A DNA stretch of 64,000 bases from Streptococcus oralis. GTDB taxonomy: Bacteria > Bacillota > Bacilli > Lactobacillales > Streptococcaceae. A program made the position numbers and the translations under genes. Shown one piece after another: positions 62,307-64,000 of the stretch; the stretch's first letter is position 1; each line of letters opens with the position of its first letter. The notes under the pieces are model-generated. The model was not told the origin of the DNA. It ran no database searches and was given only the letters and a program-made list of their open reading frames with translations. The stretch covers positions 6,638-70,637 of the forward strand of contig CAJPPL010000001.1 in assembly GCA_905372585.1 (NCBI GenBank). Direction: 5' to 3'.

Positions 62307-62834
62307 TTAAATTCCTTTTTTATATGTAATCGGTCCGTACTTTTCAGTAATTTTACGCATGACACGGCGCTCGCGAGCCCGATTAATCTGCGTTTTGATG
62401 GAATCGTGTTGGACCAAGGGTTTGACTAAGATCGAGCGAATACCTGCACGGTGGGCTGCTCGTATATCCGTCATGAGCTGGTCGCCGACCATGACCACTT
62501 CATTTTTCTCATAGTGGAATTCCTTCATGGCACGGTCAATCCCAAATGTGAAAGGCTTCAAGGCCCAATAAACGTAATCAATTCCAAATTTCTCAACTGC
62601 ACGTTGAACCCGTTTTTTGGTGTTATTTGAGACCACGATGATGCGAATGCCCGCGTCCCGAAGGTCATGTAGCCATTGCTTCATCTCTAGCGTTCCATCA
62701 GGGTTGTTCCAAGCAATGAGAGTATTATCCAGATCGACCAAAACAGCCTTGATACCATGCGCTTGCAGGCTTGGGACTGTCAGATCATAGACTGCTTCCA
62801 CAGCAAAATCTGGCATATAATTTTCAATCGCCAT
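62307..62834 (-). CDS. yqeG: YqeG-family HAD phosphatase
   Basis: Start at MAIENYMPDF (ATG 62834, AAAGGAG RBS). HAD motif I VLVDLDNTL. Confidence 0.8.
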   Translation of the reverse strand: MAIENYMPDFAVEAVYDLTVPSLQAHGIKAVLVDLDNTLIAWNNPDGTLEMKQWLHDLRDAGIRIIVVSNNTKKRVQRAVEKFGIDYVYWALKPFTFGIDRAMKEFHYEKNEVVMVGDQLMTDIRAAHRAGIRSILVKPLVQHDSIKTQINRARERRVMRKITEKYGPITYKKGI

Positions 62835-62848
62835 TCTGGCTCCTTTTC

Positions 62849-63760
62849 TTAACTTTTTTTCGCAATTTTTCTCAAAATCAATGACAGGACCAGCCATAAG
62901 ACCGCACTCGCCAAGCTGATGTAGACCCAAGCATAGGGCTCATCTGTGAAGGGGAGAGGAACATTCATCCCGAAAAAGCCCGTCACTACTGCCAAGACTG
63001 CTAGCAAGACTGAAATGATGGTCAAGGTTGTCAAGTTATCATTCAGGTTGTTGTTTAGGATATTGTTGTAAGAGGCTGATAGTTGTTGCAGAACTTGAGA
63101 AATCAAATCGGTCATCGAAACCAGCTGGTGAGCCTCAATCATGGCATCATCAAACTGTTCTCTCTCAACTTCGTTAAATCTGCGATAAAGGGCATGTCCT
63201 TGGATATGTTCTAGCAACATGCGATTCTGCTTGGCAGCCGCTGTCAGATAGACCATACCAGTCTCCAAGTCGGAAAGGGCAAAGAGGTTTTTCTTGGTCG
63301 TTCGCTGACGCAAGAGGCCATTGACCTCATCTTTACTTTTATCCATCTGCTCGATGACAGGATAGTAAGCATTGCTGATGATTTCCAGACTAGCAAAGAG
63401 AAATTTGTAGATTGAAACAACTTCATGGCTTTCAAGGTAGGTTGCCATACGTTTAATCACATAACTATTCTTATGATTGCTAATTGTGATTAGCCGTTGT
63501 TTTTCAACGATAAAGGTCATCGGAATTGCTTCATAATATTCTTTATCTTTTTCTAAGTCAAGAACATTATAAATGAAGGTTACCGTTCCCGTTTCACGGT
63601 GATAGTCCATGTGGGCACGCTCATTTCTATCCAGAGCATACTCGATGGTTTCCTTGTCCAATCCATAGACATCCGAAAGGTCTTCCATGTTTTTAATCTT
63701 GTCTACATCAAGGTCTATCCAGGTACAATCGTGACCTAATTTTTTCTCTACAAATAGCAT
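62849..63760 (-). CDS. corA: CorA-family divalent metal transporter
   Basis: 303 aa. C-terminal two TM helices with the GMN signature (FFGMNVPLPF). Confidence 0.8.
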   Translation of the reverse strand: MLFVEKKLGHDCTWIDLDVDKIKNMEDLSDVYGLDKETIEYALDRNERAHMDYHRETGTVTFIYNVLDLEKDKEYYEAIPMTFIVEKQRLITISNHKNSYVIKRMATYLESHEVVSIYKFLFASLEIISNAYYPVIEQMDKSKDEVNGLLRQRTTKKNLFALSDLETGMVYLTAAAKQNRMLLEHIQGHALYRRFNEVEREQFDDAMIEAHQLVSMTDLISQVLQQLSASYNNILNNNLNDNLTTLTIISVLLAVLAVVTGFFGMNVPLPFTDEPYAWVYISLASAVLWLVLSLILRKIAKKS

Positions 63761-63817
63761 ACTCTCTCCTTTACCAAACTCCTTCTATTGTACCATAAAT
63801 CTGCTAAAATAGCCGGC

Positions 63818-64000
63818 CTATTCAGTACGAGATAGATTGCTGACAACAGTGATATTGCGATTGGGAACAAAGTGAAGGGCTTGATCATCACCTCGCAGTT
63901 GCGTTGTACGGATCCCTACGCTAACGACTTTTCCAGAAACGGTAATCGGTCCATTTGTGAGAACGACTTCATCACCCACATCAAGCTGGCGTTCAAAAAG
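63818..64000 (-). CDS. Mechanosensitive channel (MscS family), C-terminal fragment (gene continues beyond the window)
   Basis: The minus-strand translation reads ...LFERQLDVGDEVVLTNGPITVSGKVVSVGIRTTQLRGDDQALHFVPNRNITVVSNLSRTE*. This resembles the MscS beta-domain pattern (vGD...G.V..i.lR.T.lr..d....iPN). Confidence 0.55.
   Translation of the reverse strand, partial: LFERQLDVGDEVVLTNGPITVSGKVVSVGIRTTQLRGDDQALHFVPNRNITVVSNLSRTE

Noticed and set aside
62835-62930. N-terminal extension of the yqeG ORF, overlapping the corA 3' end
   Set aside because: The ATG at 62834 has a perfect AAAGGAG RBS and gives the conserved YqeG N-terminus. The extension is a read-through artefact of ORF calling with alternative starts.

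Overview
The window looks like a chromosomal segment of a mitis-group Streptococcus. This rests on PsaA, StkP/PhpP, scr and mevalonate genes resembling their pneumococcal counterparts, plus a BOX element. I cannot confirm the species without a database search. Almost all genes are on the minus strand, except psaBCA-tpx-psaR and scrB-scrR.

Core content, in order:
- pepO, the Mn transporter psaBCA, tpx and a DtxR-type regulator
- dtd-relA, msmK, mrnC-cysS, cysE-pnp, and metF-metE with a MET-box
- the sucrose PTS regulon scrK/scrA/scrB/scrR, and mvaA-mvaS
- stkP-phpP-rsmB-fmt-priA-rpoZ-gmk-rny
- the yqeG-yqeH-yhbY-nadD-yqeK-rsfS operon, corA, and a partial mscS

Two visibly AT-rich accessory insertions stand out.

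(1) About 22.3-31.7 kb is a defence island. It carries a type I R-M system in the classical prr arrangement (hsdM-hsdS-prrC-hsdR). Here hsdM is fused in frame to the first half of hsdS, an in-frame TAG splits hsdS, and a 3x12-bp (TSEL)3 spacer repeat sits in the central conserved region. A PrrC-like anticodon nuclease lies between hsdS and hsdR. Directly upstream is a self-contained two-gene operon: a 418-aa protein with a PD-(D/E)xK-like C-terminus, and a DUF4238-like protein with no canonical start codon. This operon is my best candidate for an uncharacterised defence system.

(2) About 53.7-56.3 kb holds a membrane-anchored KAP-family P-loop NTPase. Next to it is a yefM-yoeB toxin-antitoxin cassette bracketed by a 22-bp perfect direct repeat that duplicates a stop codon plus terminator.

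Several unusually long non-coding gaps contain dispersed or iterated repeats. I recognised no rRNA, tRNA, CRISPR array, transposase or integrase.
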